A model generated the notes under the pieces. It saw nothing but the letters and a program-made list of their open reading frames with translations, ran no database searches and was not told where the DNA came from. Shown here piece after piece: positions 31,263 to 62,547 of a stretch of 64,000 nucleotides of DNA. A program made the position numbers and the translations under genes. Positions within the stretch are counted from its first letter, which is position 1. Every line of letters begins with the position of its first letter. Source of the DNA: Amoebidium appalachense (lineage: Eukaryota > Protista > Ichthyosporea); the NCBI GenBank assembly GCA_963693365.1, contig CAVNZM010000007.1, forward strand, positions 6,011,962-6,075,961, in the 5' to 3' direction.

Positions 31263-31866
31263 TGTGTGTGTGTGTGCAAGCAAGTGAGTGTGAGGGTGGG
31301 TGAGATGGATAGAGATAGTGTGTCTATGAGAGAGGGTGTGTGCATGTGGGGGGGAGGTTGTGTGTGTGGGGTTGGGGAGGGGAGGGGGGGTGGAGGGGGT
31401 GAGGGAGCAGGGAAGGACCACACGAGCATGGAGGAGAAGACATGAAAGGGGGTTCAGAGATAGTGCAGAGAAATGGGACTTTGCAGTCCACAAGATTTCG
31501 AGAACTCATGAAGAGAAGCTGGTGGCTGGAGAGAACCAGATTCGGACAATAGCTGTGTGTGTCTGTGTTTTTCGTTTCAGTACGCTGTAGTGGTCCACCC
31601 CCTCCCCCCCCCCCTCACCCCCTCGACCTCACCCCCCCCCCCCCCCCCCCCCCCCAAACACACACATACACCTCATTTTTTTTGTGTTCTATTTCACCTC
31701 TTTTTTTTTTTGGCGCGCGTCCCCGGAGGGGGTTGGGGGTAGGGGTGGGGGGGGGGAGGCGGGGAGAGGAAGGGGGGGGGGGGGGGGGGGGGGGCTGTTA
31801 TTTGAGGTGGAGTCAAAAAACACACCCGGCGGGGCACGGGTAGGAGATTGTGGAAACGGGGAAGAA

Positions 31867-31902
<36 letters not shown>

Positions 31903-33047
31903 ATCATGGTCGTGTCTGCTGGCATTAGAGGCAGTGCATAACGAACAGTCGGCTTGCAGCCGAAAAATCCTTGAGTGGAGGGGAGGACGTTTGTGGCTGT
32001 GTGTACGGAGAGAGAGAACAAAGCCACCAACACTAACTACCCTTCCCCCCCCCCCCCTTTTCCACTCCCCATTCTCTCTCTCTCTCTCTCTCCCTCCCCC
32101 CCCCCCCCCCCCCCCCCCCTTTCCCCCTTCCCCCTCCCCCTCCCCCCCCCCCCCCCCCCCTCCCCCCCCCCTCTTTCCCTTTTTTTGCCTCTTCTTTTTT
32201 TTTTTCCTGTGTTTTTTAACAGCTGACGAGAAGAAGAAGTTGACGCTGTTCTACCTGGCCAACGATGTCGTGCAGACGAGCAGAAAGCAGGGCAGTGAGT
32301 TCATCACTGATTTCCAGACAACCCTGCCAGGGGTCATGGCCAACATCCACAGGTACATGCAACACATATGCTTGTCTGTATTTATGTCCCACGTGTGTGT
32401 TTCTCTCTCACTTCTCCGCATCCATCCCCCCTCCCCCCCTCCCTTCTCCCTCCCTCCCTTCTCTCCCCCCCTATCTTCTCCTGCCCTTCCAGCCCCCATC
32501 CATCCCCTCCCCTCCCCCCCTTTCCACCCACTGCTGACCCGTTCGATGAACACCCCCCCCCCGGGGGGGGCCCGCAACAACACGCATGAACACGAACACA
32601 AGCACGAGCGCAGTCACGGGCATTCCCGGCCAGGGACACACGCAAACACACACACTACACACACACACGCGCGCGCGCACACGCTCACTCACTCACTCAC
32701 ACACACACACACACACACACGCGCGCGCGCACACACACACACCGTGCGTCCCCATCCGCCCACCTATGCCACCTCGCCTGTTATGCACACAGTGTTCTCC
32801 CCTCTCCCCCCCCCCCCCCCCCCCCCCCCCCTTCTGCCTCCCATTCAACCCCCACACCCCAGGTTTCACCCATCCCTCTTCTTCCCTGTTCAGCCCAGGC
32901 TTCCCGATCCTTTTCCATGTGACCCACAGCATCATCACCAGTAATGCCGTATCCATCTTCTTTTTTTCTTTCTTTCTTTCTTTTTCTTTCTTTTTTTTCT
33001 TTTTCTTTTTTTTTTGGGGGGGGGGGAAGGGGTCTGGGTGTGTGGGT

Positions 33048-33080
<33 letters not shown>

Positions 33081-33324
33081 CCATTGGCCACACATTGACA
33101 CCACACTCCATTATTCAGCTATTATCCGGGGTCGAACCTGGAAAAGTCCACGCTGCGTGTGCTGACGATATGGAGCGAGAGGGAGGTGTTCCCTGCACCG
33201 TTCATGGCCCAGCTGAAAAAGGCCCTAGGTACGTGTCTGCTGGCCGGGATGTGTGTTTGTGTGTGTGTGCGTGGAAAGAGGTGTAGTGTTGGTATGTGAG
33301 TGTGTGCTGGGGGAAGCCAAGGGG

Positions 33325-33357
<33 letters not shown>

Positions 33358-34158
33358 ACGAGCAGCAGGGGAATGGGAGGGAGGGAGGAATGGTCGAAGG
33401 AGTGGGGAAAGGGCATGCAAGGGGGAGTTTACACTTACAATGAGGGTGGGGGTACGGGGCTGAAGGGAACGATTGGTCTCTGGTTTTTGTTCTGTGTGCG
33501 AGTGTGTGTCTAGGCTTGGGTGGGCGTGGGCGTGGTGTTGTGGGTGTGTGTGGATGGTGGTGATGGTGGTGGGTGGGTGAAAGGGGGGGGGGAAGGGGGG
33601 GGGGGGGGGGGGGAGGGGGGGGGGTATATGTGCAGACAGGTTTTAAGGGGCAAACGGGTGGGGTGTGATCCTGCGAGTGGCTGGGTGTCTTCTGCAAAAG
33701 GGGATATTGGGGGGGGGGAAGGTGGGGGGGAGGGGGAGGCTGTTGTCAACAGGCAAAACCATTACACATGGCTCTGCCTAAAAGGGGGTCTTTTAAGGCC
33801 GATTCATAGGCCCAGTCGAGTGGGGCCAAATCCTGCCGTCTTACACCTTAAGGGGGGGGGGGGGGGGGGGGGGGGGAGAAGGGCTGATGCTGTGTGCGCA
33901 TTCGCCATCAAAAGAGTTTTTTGAGAAGCAAGATGTGCCGGACAATCTTATAATTAGTACGTAATTAGTAATTAGCAGTATTTAGTAAGTTAAGATGAAA
34001 GGCAGATAAGTGAGACTGACTGTTTTTGGGTGTGCAGCAGCTTCTGACGGGGCAAAGGCACGGCCCCCCGCACCAATCCACTCCAGCCCAGACAAGTCCC
34101 CACTGTCACCCACAACACCTGTGTCCAGAGATGTAAAACCAATTACGGTGGGTCGTGT

Positions 34159-34189
<31 letters not shown>

Positions 34190-34200
34190 GGGGGGGGTTT

Positions 34201-34232
<32 letters not shown>

Positions 34233-34362
34233 TGGCGGTGGATATGTCCTGTTGTTTGTTGCTAACGAGTTAAGGTGTTTGTCTAGACATGAGCAATACA
34301 TGTACATGCACACACCTCCACGCGCGGAGACATCACACACGGACACCTACACGGGCACACAC

Positions 34363-34410
<48 letters not shown>

Positions 34411-35170
34411 GAGCACAAGCACTTACACATGTGTACACACAGACACAGACACACGCACGCACGGACCCACACGTTCCTGCACGCAAGCACGCCCACACAC
34501 ACACATTCGCACGTACACATGTTCAGTATGAAGGGCCTCCGTCTACGTTTTCGTCTTAATCCCTCTGTGGCCATCTTCGTTTCTCTATCTGCACCCTCCC
34601 CTGGTCCTTTTTATGATCTCTTCATGTCCCCCTGCCCCCCCCCCCCCCCCCCCCCCCCCATTCAAACCCCCCTCCCCCCCCCCCCCCCTCCCCCCTCCCC
34701 TCCCCTCCCCATCGAGTGCCAGATATTCAATTGCATTAGCCCTTCAGGCTTGCCGTTGCCCTTACTGTTCTTTTTCCCCGACCTTTATCTTTGTTTTCCC
34801 TTTTTTTTTTTTTTTTTCTTTCCCCCTTTTCACCTTTTTGCCTGCATATGGTACAGTTGCTAATTTCCGATCGCAATCGCACAGCCGGCGGAGCTAATCG
34901 AAGCGATCAACAAGCTGGAAAAGACACTCTCTGCCGATGCGGCGCTGCAGGCGAGGGTGGATGCTCTGCCCGGGGAGATGTTCAATGTGAAGATGCTGTC
35001 TACACTAAAAGGTACGTGTGTGTAGGTGTGTGTGTGTTTGGGGGGGGGGGGGGGGGGGGGGGGGGAATACGTGTGTGGGTGGGTGGGTGAGTGGGTGTGC
35101 GCGGGCGGGGGGGGGGGGGGGGGGGGGGGGGGGGGAGAGAATGTGGGTGTGTCGGGGTGTGTAGGTGTGG

Positions 35171-35207
<37 letters not shown>

Positions 35208-36684
35208 GGATTTTGCTCTTTTTATCTATTTGGTATCACCATTCTGAGCATACAGGGTTGATAATTAAACACACACAGACAAGCAGTCAGTGGATGAGCG
35301 CATGAAGCAGCTCAGTGAGGCACTGAAGTTGGTGGCTTCCTGGGACGGCAGGCTGGTGGCTGAGGTGGGTGGATGGGCGGGCGTGTGTGCATAACGGGGG
35401 CTGGGGGGAGGGGGGGGGGGGGGGGAGGGAGGGAGGGGGAGGGGGGAAGGGTGGGTGGATCGGTGGTGTGGGTGGGGGGGGGGGGGGGGGGGGGGGGGGG
35501 ATTTGTGGGTGTGGGTGTGGGTGTGGGTGTGGGTGTGGGTGGGTGTGGGTGGGTGTGGGTGTGAGGCGGTGGGTGGGTGGGGGAGGAGGGATGTGTACGT
35601 GTGTTGTGGGGGGGTGGGTGGGTGTTGTGGGTGGGTGGTGGTGTGTGGGGGGTGGGGGGGGGGGGGGGGGGTGGGTGTGGGCCTCCGGGGGAGGGGGGAG
35701 GGGGGGGGGGGATTGTGAGGGGAGGGGGGGGGGGGGAGGGGTTTGTGGGTGGGTGTGTGTGGGGAGAAGGGGGAGGGGGGGGGGGTTGGTTTAGGGGCAG
35801 CCTTTTGGGGGGGGGGGGGTGGATTTGTTTGGAGGGGAGGGGGTAGGAGAGGGTCGTGTCACTCGTGTGTTTTTGTGGGGTGAGGTTTTGTTTTTGTTTG
35901 TTCTGTTTGCTTATATCAGTTTTGTTTGTTTTGAGTTATTGATGAATTCGTACGCAGATTGAGGATCGACGGGACTTGATAGCCCAACTTGAAGGATGCA
36001 TTGCCTATCAGCAGCAGCAGATCAAAGCGTGCTCAGACAGGCAGAAGGTGCGGGAAGATTCCACCCTGGCTGTGTGTGTGTACGTGTGTGTGTATGGATG
36101 GGTGGGTGGGTGGGTAGGCGGGTGTGGGGGGAGGGGGGAAGGGGACTGGGGTGGGTGGGTGGGTTGGGGTGTGTGTGTGTGTGTGTGTGTGTGTCTGTGT
36201 GTTCGTGTGTGTGTGTGCGCTCGTTTGGAGGACATTATATCCCGAAATGACAGGCTTGGCTGGCTGAGCGTGTGTGTTGAAAAAGGACAAGGGGCCAGGG
36301 AGTGGCGTGCGAGATTATTGGGTGGGGATGGAAGCCTTTTTATCTCTTTCATCTCACTCTTTCTCTCTCCCTCTCTTTCCCCTCTTCCTCTCCCTCTCCC
36401 TCTTCCTTTTCCTCCCTCTCTCTTTCTCTCTCTCTCTCTCTCTTTCGTTTAAGCCCTCTCGGGGGGGGGGGGGGGGGGGTTGTTATTTAGACCATCAGCT
36501 AACTATGCCCCCACACGCACAGAGCTGCAGGGAGAAACTGCAACACATCGGAGACGTCAAGCGAGAGCTCAATGCGCAGAAGGACAACTTCCCCGACCTG
36601 CTAAGGCCGTCTGGTGGTGGTGGCACACATGACACACCTCCAGTGGTTGAGCCACCAAGACCACAGGGCATAAAGAGACCGGTA

Positions 36685-36738
<54 letters not shown>

Positions 36739-38400
36739 CTAGTCTCTCACTCTCTCTCCCCCCCCCTCTCACCCCTCTCCCCCTCCCCCTCCCCCTCTCC
36801 GGAGAGAAAGTGGGGGAGGGGAGGGGGGGGGGAGGGGGAGGGGGGGGGCTGCCCCCAACCGTCAAAAAGTGCATTGCAGTGGTTGTCAAGCCATACATAG
36901 TAACGATTCGTTTGAGTTTTTCAATGTTTTTGAACCGGATCGTCTGTTTTCAGGTTTGAAAACGGCAACAAGTGTGTTTATATGGTTTGCATCACGGTGC
37001 GTTCGTAGGATTCGAAACTGGGTTAAAAGACCTTACTGCTTGTGCAACCTCCACAAACGTAACCCCTTTTCAACCCTGCATCCACCTCTCTCCATACATC
37101 AACATGCACCACCACAACATTTTCACATTTTCCCACATATTCTGGCATTTTCTCACATGTTCCATCCGAAACAGGGAGAAGACCCACGCAAAGCAGCCAA
37201 AGAAGCCCGTCTAGCCCAAATTTCCTCTCCGAAACCTCCCACTCCGGCCGGCCCACCACCTGTCCCACCCCCCCCACCAGCCCAACCACCGGCAGCCGCA
37301 CCCACACCGGTAACTCCGGTCACCCCCGTCACTTCGACCCCCACCCCGAACACTCTAGCGTCCACAATTGCGGGTTTGGCATCACTTGCAAATCCGGCTG
37401 CATATGCAGTGGCGGCGGCGGCGGCAGCCGGGCTAATTCCGACCGGGGCGCTACAAAATGCACAGACACCAGCAGCTCCGGGCGCACAACCGCAGCCCCC
37501 CGTGGCCGGAATTTCCAGCCCGGCGCCTGCTGCCCCCGCGGTTGGAACCCCCCCGCAGCACCCACCGGCGATGCAACAAACCCCCCAGGCGGTGCAGTTT
37601 CCCGGGCAGGCTCAGACCATATGGCCGCACCATGCGTTCTCGGGTGTCCCTGGGTTTTTCCCACCCCAACAAGGTGTGTGTGTGTGTCCGTGTGCGTGTG
37701 TGCGTGTGTGCGTGCGTGCGTGTGCCTATTATTGTGTCATCCAGTGTGCATGACAGTGTGTCTGATATGGTGTCTGGGTGTTTAGTGGGCATGGGAGGTG
37801 GAGTTGGTGACTTATGTTGAAGCCAAGGTGAGGGTGTGGTGGTGGTTCTGGAAGGAATTCCGGTTAGAGGGCAGGGGGGGGGGGGGGGGGGGGGTTGTGT
37901 TTTGGTGGTTGATGGCTCTTCTGTTTTGTTTGTTTTTTTTGGTTTCTTTTTTGACCTTTTTATTGCGGGTGGGGGGAAGGGGGGGGGGGGGGGGGGGAGG
38001 AGAGAAATTAAGGGGACGGGGAAAGGGGGAGGGAGAGATGGGGAGGGGAAAAGAATGAGAGGGGGGGGGGAGAGAGGTGGGGAGGGGGGAAGGGGGGGGG
38101 GGGGGGGGGGGGGAGGGCTTGTGGGGACAGTGCCTGTACATGTCTCCTACTTGATTAGCAGCGAGGGGACGTGATGGGATGAGGATTAAATGGCTCGGTG
38201 TTGAGGTGGAGCTTGAGCTTTGCATTAGGACTGGAATGTGAGGAATAATAACCTTAACCTCTCCCGTCCCCCCTCCCCCCCCCTCCCTTTCTGCCTCTTT
38301 CCCCCACAGCTGGTGTTGGCGTGCCGCAGGCATTTGGGCAGCAACCATTTATGCAGACTCCTGCTGGATTCCCTCAGCCACCCGTAAGCAACATCCCTCT

Positions 38401-38439
<39 letters not shown>

Positions 38440-38474
38440 CCCTCCCTCCCTCCTCCGGCGCGCACGTGCGTGCA

Positions 38475-38554
<80 letters not shown>

Positions 38555-38915
38555 TACAATCAGATTCACACTCACACATGGCATGCACATGCACATACAC
38601 ACACACACTCACAAAACACACCACCCGCGCACGTTTCATTTTTGAACTTACAAATAAACAAAAAAGGAAAAGGGGGATGGTGGTGATTTTTGGCTCCATG
38701 GACAGGGTGCTTGTCCATCTCCATGGCTTTCTCTCTCCCTTGATGTCGTGTGTGCGTGCGTGTGTGTGTGCGTGTGTGCGTGTGTGCGTGTGTGCGTGTG
38801 TGTGTGCACGCACATGTTTACAAGATATAGGGCACTGTGGAAACCTGACGTGATGCGCTGGATCTAACACCTTTTCCTTTTGCAGTCTTTCCCTGGTGCC
38901 CCGGTGCAGAGGTGA
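30620..38915 (+). CDS. RPRD1: RPRD1/CREPT (Rtt103-like) RNA Pol II CTD-interacting domain protein, 11 exons
   Basis: Exons 30620-30770, 32223-32352, 33119-33228, 34038(or 34041)-34147, 34885-35011, 35279-35364, 35958-36047, 36523-36681, 37175-37673, 38310-38383, 38886-38915. CID: MSTFSVRQLEDKLQTLSNSQQSIQTLSLWIIHHR, KKLTLFYLANDVVQTSRK, RVLTIWSEREVF. CREPT coiled coil: ELIEAINKLE...ALPGEM...DGRLVAEIEDRRDL...FPDL. Pro/Ala-rich tail. Confidence 0.93.
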
Positions 38916-39361
38916 CGGGGTGAAACGTGAAACAACACCACGACATGCACACTTCCGGTTTTTGGCTCCGAATTCGACGGGTTTTGAAATACTCGATGAA
39001 TGTGAATGGCATTGGGTGCGTGGGGTGTGTGGCAGGACTTGGTCGGAGTAGACATTAAAGAGAAAAATCAATGGGGAATCCCGGTTTGTTTTTCCCGGTG
39101 TTACCGCGTATGCTTGGGATTGTGAGGTGGGGCAGCTGGAGGGCTCTTGTTTTGACTTTTTCATTGAGCTTGTGACTTTTTCCGGCGTAGTGTATTTGCG
39201 TAAGTTCATTTGTTGACTGCATGTGCAGATTCTAAAGGTAACAGGTTGTATGTACACCTTGGCATGTCTGACACATCCATGTGCGCACACGCCGACACCT
39301 CCCAGACGAAAATACAAGTGTGTGCGCGGATGCATATGTGCGAGTACATGCACACACACAG

Positions 39362-39441
<80 letters not shown>

Positions 39442-40402
39442 TATGCAGTTGACATGTTATATTAAGGGTATTGCTATGCGTAAAACATATCGTGTTTTTT
39501 ACAACACTGCGCCTAGATAATCATCAAGAATATTCCAAAATATCATTGAGCAATTTGGATTTCTAGTTCTGCCCATTCCCTTAACTGCCTTGTTTGTCTA
39601 TATTCTGTACATAAAATTGCCTACCGCAAATGTAAAAAACCCGAAAAAAGAAAACTCCGGCTTGTTACACCCAGAGATGTTGGCTTCGAATTTCAATGAT
39701 GTTTTGGCCACCAAATGATATGCGCTGTGGGAGCAAAATAAACCAAAACACACAAAGAAGTCCCAAGGCCCTGTGTGTGAAGGGGGAGGGGGGTGGATGC
39801 ACGTGGTGGGGGGGGGGGGTACACGGGATCATTGCACTTTATTGGCCGCTCCCTCCGGCCAATCCGGAAACACAACATGTGCCCCATATGCATGATCATG
39901 TACATCATATTACAGACGAGAGCCACCCCTTATTAATGGTACCTACTACACGGCCACGGCCGCTAAAACCACACATCTAACAGACACAGTATCTATGACA
40001 ACTTCAAAAAAAAAAAAAAAAGGAAGAGAGAAAGAAAGAAAAGGTCCTAATTTAACCAGGTTGGGAGGGTGGTTGTATGATGTGTGTGACGTGAGCGCGC
40101 AGGTATTGGAAACAAATTTGGGCAGTGAGAAAATCACCCGTGCTACCGGTGTGGGTGGGTGGGTGAGTACGTGTGTGCGCGGGGGTGTTGGGGTGGGGGT
40201 GTGTGTTACAGGTGTGTGTGTGTGCGTGCGTGCGTGTGGTACCGGCACGGGTGTGCGTGTGTGCGTGTACATGTACGTTGGTGCGTTGCAATTGGCGGTC
40301 GCCAATTACCGACTTTATGACACCAAATGTTTTAGGGCGGACTGTTAAGCATGTACATGCCTGCCTAAGCCTTGCTTCCCCCCAAGGGGGGGGGGGGGGG
40401 GG

Positions 40403-40530
40403 TTTCTCTGAAGGCGCCATGAAGTATGAAGTACACTCGAAACAACGGACAAATCGATGCAGAGTGCAAACCATACCGTGAGAGAATGCATAATAAGCAG
40501 AGCACATCCTCAGGGGAAGGGGGAGGGATG
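40403..40530 (-). mobile_element. Diverged poly-G-anchored element (subfamily D), intergenic
   Basis: After poly-G: AAGTATGAAGTACAC...ACGGA...GATGCAGAGTGCAAACCATAC...ATGCATAATAAGCAGAGCACATCCTCAGGGG, collinear with subfamily A. Confidence 0.65.
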
Positions 40531-41010
40531 CATGGTCGGACTCCGCGAGACTCAGTCAACAAGGCAGACTTAAGTTTATTGTCAAACTCATAAACACCAT
40601 AGCCAGCCTGAAACAAGCACCGGAAGGTTTCATATTTGACTGCAGCTCATTAAATACATAGCTAAAGCACATGGAACACTGTGTTCTTGGCTACTCTAAG
40701 AAACAGATATTTATTACTTGCCCGTATGTTTAGTGCTACGTATACAGGTGTAGTTACTAACAAGTTAAGATGGGCCGAATATTCCCGCGGTCATCAACAT
40801 TAAAAAACCAAAAAGAGATAGTATCATCGACATGATACGATGGACTAATCATATAAAAAATCTCGCTCAACTATAGCTAACTTGTACGATTTCTAAAAAA
40901 GTTGTGTTTCAAAGGTGTGCATGTCCGCCAACTATCTTAACCCTTCAGTCAACCTCAGCCAACATGCATGGCCTTGCAGACAGTGCGTGCACAGGTGTGT
41001 CTTAGTCTGC

Positions 41011-41096
<86 letters not shown>

Positions 41097-41142
41097 GCGC
41101 GCGCGTGGCTCAGTGTGAGGGTTGGGTGCCTAAGAGGAGGGG

Positions 41143-41174
<32 letters not shown>

Positions 41175-41759
41175 ATTTGGGGTGACCTTCATACGGGATT
41201 CATTAAGAGGACTTGGGTGAGAAATGGTTACGGCCATATAAATTGCATTTGGTGAATCTGATCGAACTGTGGCAAAAACAAAACACTGCGCATGCAAAGG
41301 CTTTGGGTGTGCGTGACTGTGACTGTAGCGAAAACAGCTTGTGTATGTCTTAGGATGATGGTGTGTGCGCGCGTCTGTATCTGCCAGTTGTGCTTTTCCG
41401 TGCGCACATATTGGCCCAAGGGCAAGCGTATGCCCGTGTGTGTCTCTGTATGTGCCATCGCCTACCTGTGTGTTGTGTGGATGTGCAATCGTGTGCAGCT
41501 GTGAAGTTTGCATAGCCATGCAAATGTGTGCGCATGCTGCTTTTTAATCACTGTCAGATCACATCCAGGTTTGTGGGAGGACGCGAGTCAAAAAATGTAA
41601 GCGTTTACACATGCATGTCCACGCTGTGTGGCTGTGTGGTGCCCATGTAGCATTCCCCCACTTTTGCAAGCATTGGTCTGTTTAACTTCTGCTAAATACT
41701 AAGGCTAACTTCACTTGTTAGATATTAAAATTTAGTGAAATTAATTTCAAATTTAAAGT

Positions 41760-49170
<7,411 letters not shown>

Positions 49171-49875
49171 ACTATGTTTGCAAAAGTAATGACGGTGCAA
49201 ATGGTAGTGTGTGGGGGGGCGGTTCTGAATGAAAAATGTGCCTGTGTGCAAATGGTGTGCAAATTGAATTGTGCGAAGGGATGCTGTATTAAATATGGTT
49301 CAATGGTGAAAGCACTGTGTGGGTGCAGATGTGCAAGTGGTACTCCAACTGTACACTTGTGTCTCGTCGTCCACCAAAGCACGTGTGTGCGTCAGTGTCT
49401 ACGGGAGCTGTTAAAAAAAATTCAATATTGAAAGCTTTGTGACAGTGCATGACGAGTCTGGTTGCCAGTGCATGCGCTGCTGGAAAATGAATGGGGTCAG
49501 AGCCGATAGATGACCTTGTGAAGCTAGTTCTTTTATAATTTTATAAAGACAATAGTTTTATCTATTGAGCGATGCAAGAGAAACCCTTTCGAAATTCAGG
49601 TGATGATGCTTGGAGAAAACCGTACTGCAGGCGACTTTCAAGCTTTTAGGACTCCATGGCCCTACTCTAAAACAGCTGTGAAAGTTTTGTGCAAGAGGTA
49701 CACACAACTTGCAAGTGACAAACTGACAAAGGCTTTTCTTTTCTCGGGGCTTCGCCAGGGCTCAGTTTACGACAGAGCCATCTCCGTTTATTAGTTTTTG
49801 AAGTTTGGTTCCCAAAACGTACTTGAGGCCCCATCATTTACAAAAAAAGAAATAATAAAACCCACTTTTTGTATA

Positions 49876-54254
<4,379 letters not shown>

Positions 54255-54305
54255 GTCATTTTGCCGAACAATTCACTGAAGGAGGTTTCAGGGAGATTTT
54301 TCTTC

Positions 54306-59262
<4,957 letters not shown>

Positions 59263-59383
59263 ATACATTACTGGAACAAGTCAGTCTAATAGCCATAGGT
59301 GGGTGAATAATTGGGTAGCATAGTGGATGGGTGGGTGGGAAAGCGTACCTCACTCTTTTTTTTTTTTTCTTTTTTTTTTTCTT

Positions 59384-59425
<42 letters not shown>

Positions 59426-59617
59426 GAAGGAAAAGGCAAGGGGGGGAAGGGGCAGGGTCGTTCATAGGTGAGTGCATGAGTGTGTAGGTGGTAGAAGTGT
59501 GTGTGTGTGTGTGTGTGTGTGCGTGTGTATGCTGTCCGTGTATGCGTGCCTGTGATCCATGCTTGTGTGAGTGTATGCGTGTGTGTATGAGTGTTGGTAT
59601 TTGTGTGTGTGTGTGTG

Positions 59618-59652
<35 letters not shown>

Positions 59653-59753
59653 TGTGCGTGTGTGTGTGTGTGTGTGTGCGTGTATGTGTGTGTGTGAGTG
59701 TACGTGCGCGCACGTGTGTATGTACCACTCCCTCCCTCCTCTCCCCCTCCCCC

Positions 59754-59787
<34 letters not shown>

Positions 59788-59794
59788 GCTCTCT

Positions 59795-59830
<36 letters not shown>

Positions 59831-59889
59831 TCTCTCTCTCTCTCCAGACATTTTTCTCTTTCTGTCTCCTATATCTCGTGAATATGATT

Positions 59890-60290
59890 TGTACACGTTG
59901 TGGACACGGTACAAACAGAGTGGAATCCCCACTCACAAACCTTGATTCAATGGTGTACGTGTGAGGGGAAGACATACCCACACGGTACAAAATGGCGTAC
60001 GCGTGATGGGAAGACATACCCACACGGTACAAAGTAGTGTACGTGTGATGGGAAGACATACCCACACGGTACAAACTGGTGTACGCGTGATGGGAAAAAC
60101 ATGCCCACACGGTACAAAACAGTGGAATCTCCACTCAGAAAACCTTTTAGTGTACACGTGATCGGAAAAACATGCCCACACGGTACAAAAGAGCGCAAAC
60201 CCACTCTGAATTTTCAATGGTGTACACGTAGTGGATGAAACATGCCCGCATGGTACAAAGAGAGTGGAACCCCCACTCCACAATTTCTGT
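59890..60290. repeat. Composite tandem repeat: ~42-bp core x7 with optional hairpin-containing spacer
   Basis: CACGGTACAAA cores at ~59906, 59981, 60023, 60065, 60108, 60179 and 60249. Confidence 0.85.
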
Positions 60291-60449
60291 TTTGGACATG
60301 TGTCTAAAAGCACATGGCCACCCATCTGCAAAGAAAAAGTCATTCTGTTTCCGTGGGGAGAGTGTTTATCAACAGCTGTTTCCCCTCCCTCCCTCCCCCC
60401 TCCCCTTAAACAACTACCACCACCATCACTATCACCACCACCACCATCA

Positions 60450-60538
<89 letters not shown>

Positions 60539-60768
60539 GCACGCGCGCGCGCAACTCATTTGGCCTGCTCTCGGCAGGGAGCGCGGGGGGGGGGGGGGGG
60601 GGGGAGGAGGGGAGGGGAGGGGGGGGGGGGGGGGGGGGACATGACAGCTACAATCCAGACATGCTAAAGTTGGCAAAGTTTCATTGGCTCTCTGAAACAC
60701 ACGGCATACACACGTACACACGCGTACACACACACACACACACACACGTGTACAGACCGTGACCCATA

Positions 60769-60888
<120 letters not shown>

Positions 60889-61560
60889 GTACACACACAC
60901 AGACACACACACACACACACACCGACACACAACTTTCCCCTTCTACCTATTAACCAAATTGTCCCCTACACACGCACCCACGCACACACATACACACACA
61001 TGCACATACACACACACACGTGCCCGTACACACATACACACGTACACACCTCATTTCCGTGGCCTGCTCTAAGCGGGGAACAGGGGCCCCGAGGGGAGGG
61101 GGGAGGGAGGGGGGGGGGGGGGGAGGGGATCCATACCTCCTACTCACCAACTGGGAAGCTAATGGATGTTTCAGCCTAACCTTGCCGGGCTAATGGCTTG
61201 AGAGATATCGACGGATATAAATACCAAAGGGGAGGGGGGGGGGGGGGGGGGGGAGGGGGGGGACAGCTACAATCTACACACACACAAACACACGTGCGTA
61301 CCCACACACACACACACATACGCACGCGTACACACGTGCACACTCCGTACACACACACAGACACACACACACACACACCTACACTCCGAAACACATGCAA
61401 GTGTATGCCACGTGCAATAATCTGATTGGCACACAAACCTCCATTGTGTCGCAAGTTGCAACGACTGGCAGTCTGCAGGTAATTGCCACAGTGTCACACG
61501 CACGCATGCACGCACGCACACATACAAAAACACACACACACACACACACGGCACGCACAC

Positions 61561-61659
<99 letters not shown>

Positions 61660-62074
61660 ACACACACCACAAAAGCTTAAACAGAACGGGAATGGGGAAG
61701 AAAAAACCACGGGTAAGAGAAGGGAACAGCAATGGAAGGGAACGAAAGGGATCAGGGAAACAGAGCAAGCAACGGGAAGAGCACGAGCAATCAAACAACA
61801 AGGGAAGAGCAAGGTATAAGGGAAAAACAGCAACGGCCGATGAGTCCCACAATTCAGATTCCAGCTGAAAATAAAAAATCTTTATTCAGATATGTAAACG
61901 AGTCACAAATCTCCAAAAAACAACACGCACAGCCAAATCATGTTTAGAAATACAAAATAAGACGTAAGTGACAACAACAATCACGGTATACATTTGGCAA
62001 AACATCAGATCACAGTCATATTCCTGAACCCCCCCCCCCCCCCCGGGTCTTCTCCCCTTCCGCATCTTCAAAGT

Positions 62075-62295
62075 TTTTCACCACAACCTGAACAAACCCT
62101 CTAACGAACCCAAACCACTTTTTTCACCACTAAACGTCATTTCATACAAACCTTTCACTTCTTTCCCCCTCTTTCAGCTGAAAATAATTATAATCTTTAT
62201 CACTTATGTAAACAAATCACACATTAGTTTTTTCACCACAACCCTAGAAAACCCTGTAACGAACCCAAATCTCTTCTTTCACCACATAAACATCA
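62075..62295. repeat. Two-copy direct repeat downstream of the OB-fold-like gene
   Basis: TTTTTCACCACAACC...AAACCCT.TAACGAACCCAAA...TTTCACCAC at ~62075 and ~62228. Confidence 0.65.
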
Positions 62296-62547
62296 TATCA
62301 TACCAAGCCGGCTCATTCAACATATCTTTGTCATAAAATAATATAACTCAATAACTCTATCCCAATACTACATCATACAAAAAAATCTTTTTTCCTGCAC
62401 CACCACACATGTCTACCTACAAAAACAACTTGATCTATCAAATACATTAAACTTGACCCCACCACTTCTTTTCGTACTGCGTAACCCTATATTACAATTC
62501 AGAGACTTTACATAATAACATCCAGAACCAATGCTATACGAAAAATC

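Noticed and set aside
59890-60290. CRISPR-like repeat/spacer appearance
   Set aside because: Spacers are absent or similar to each other, there are no cas genes, and the context is eukaryotic.
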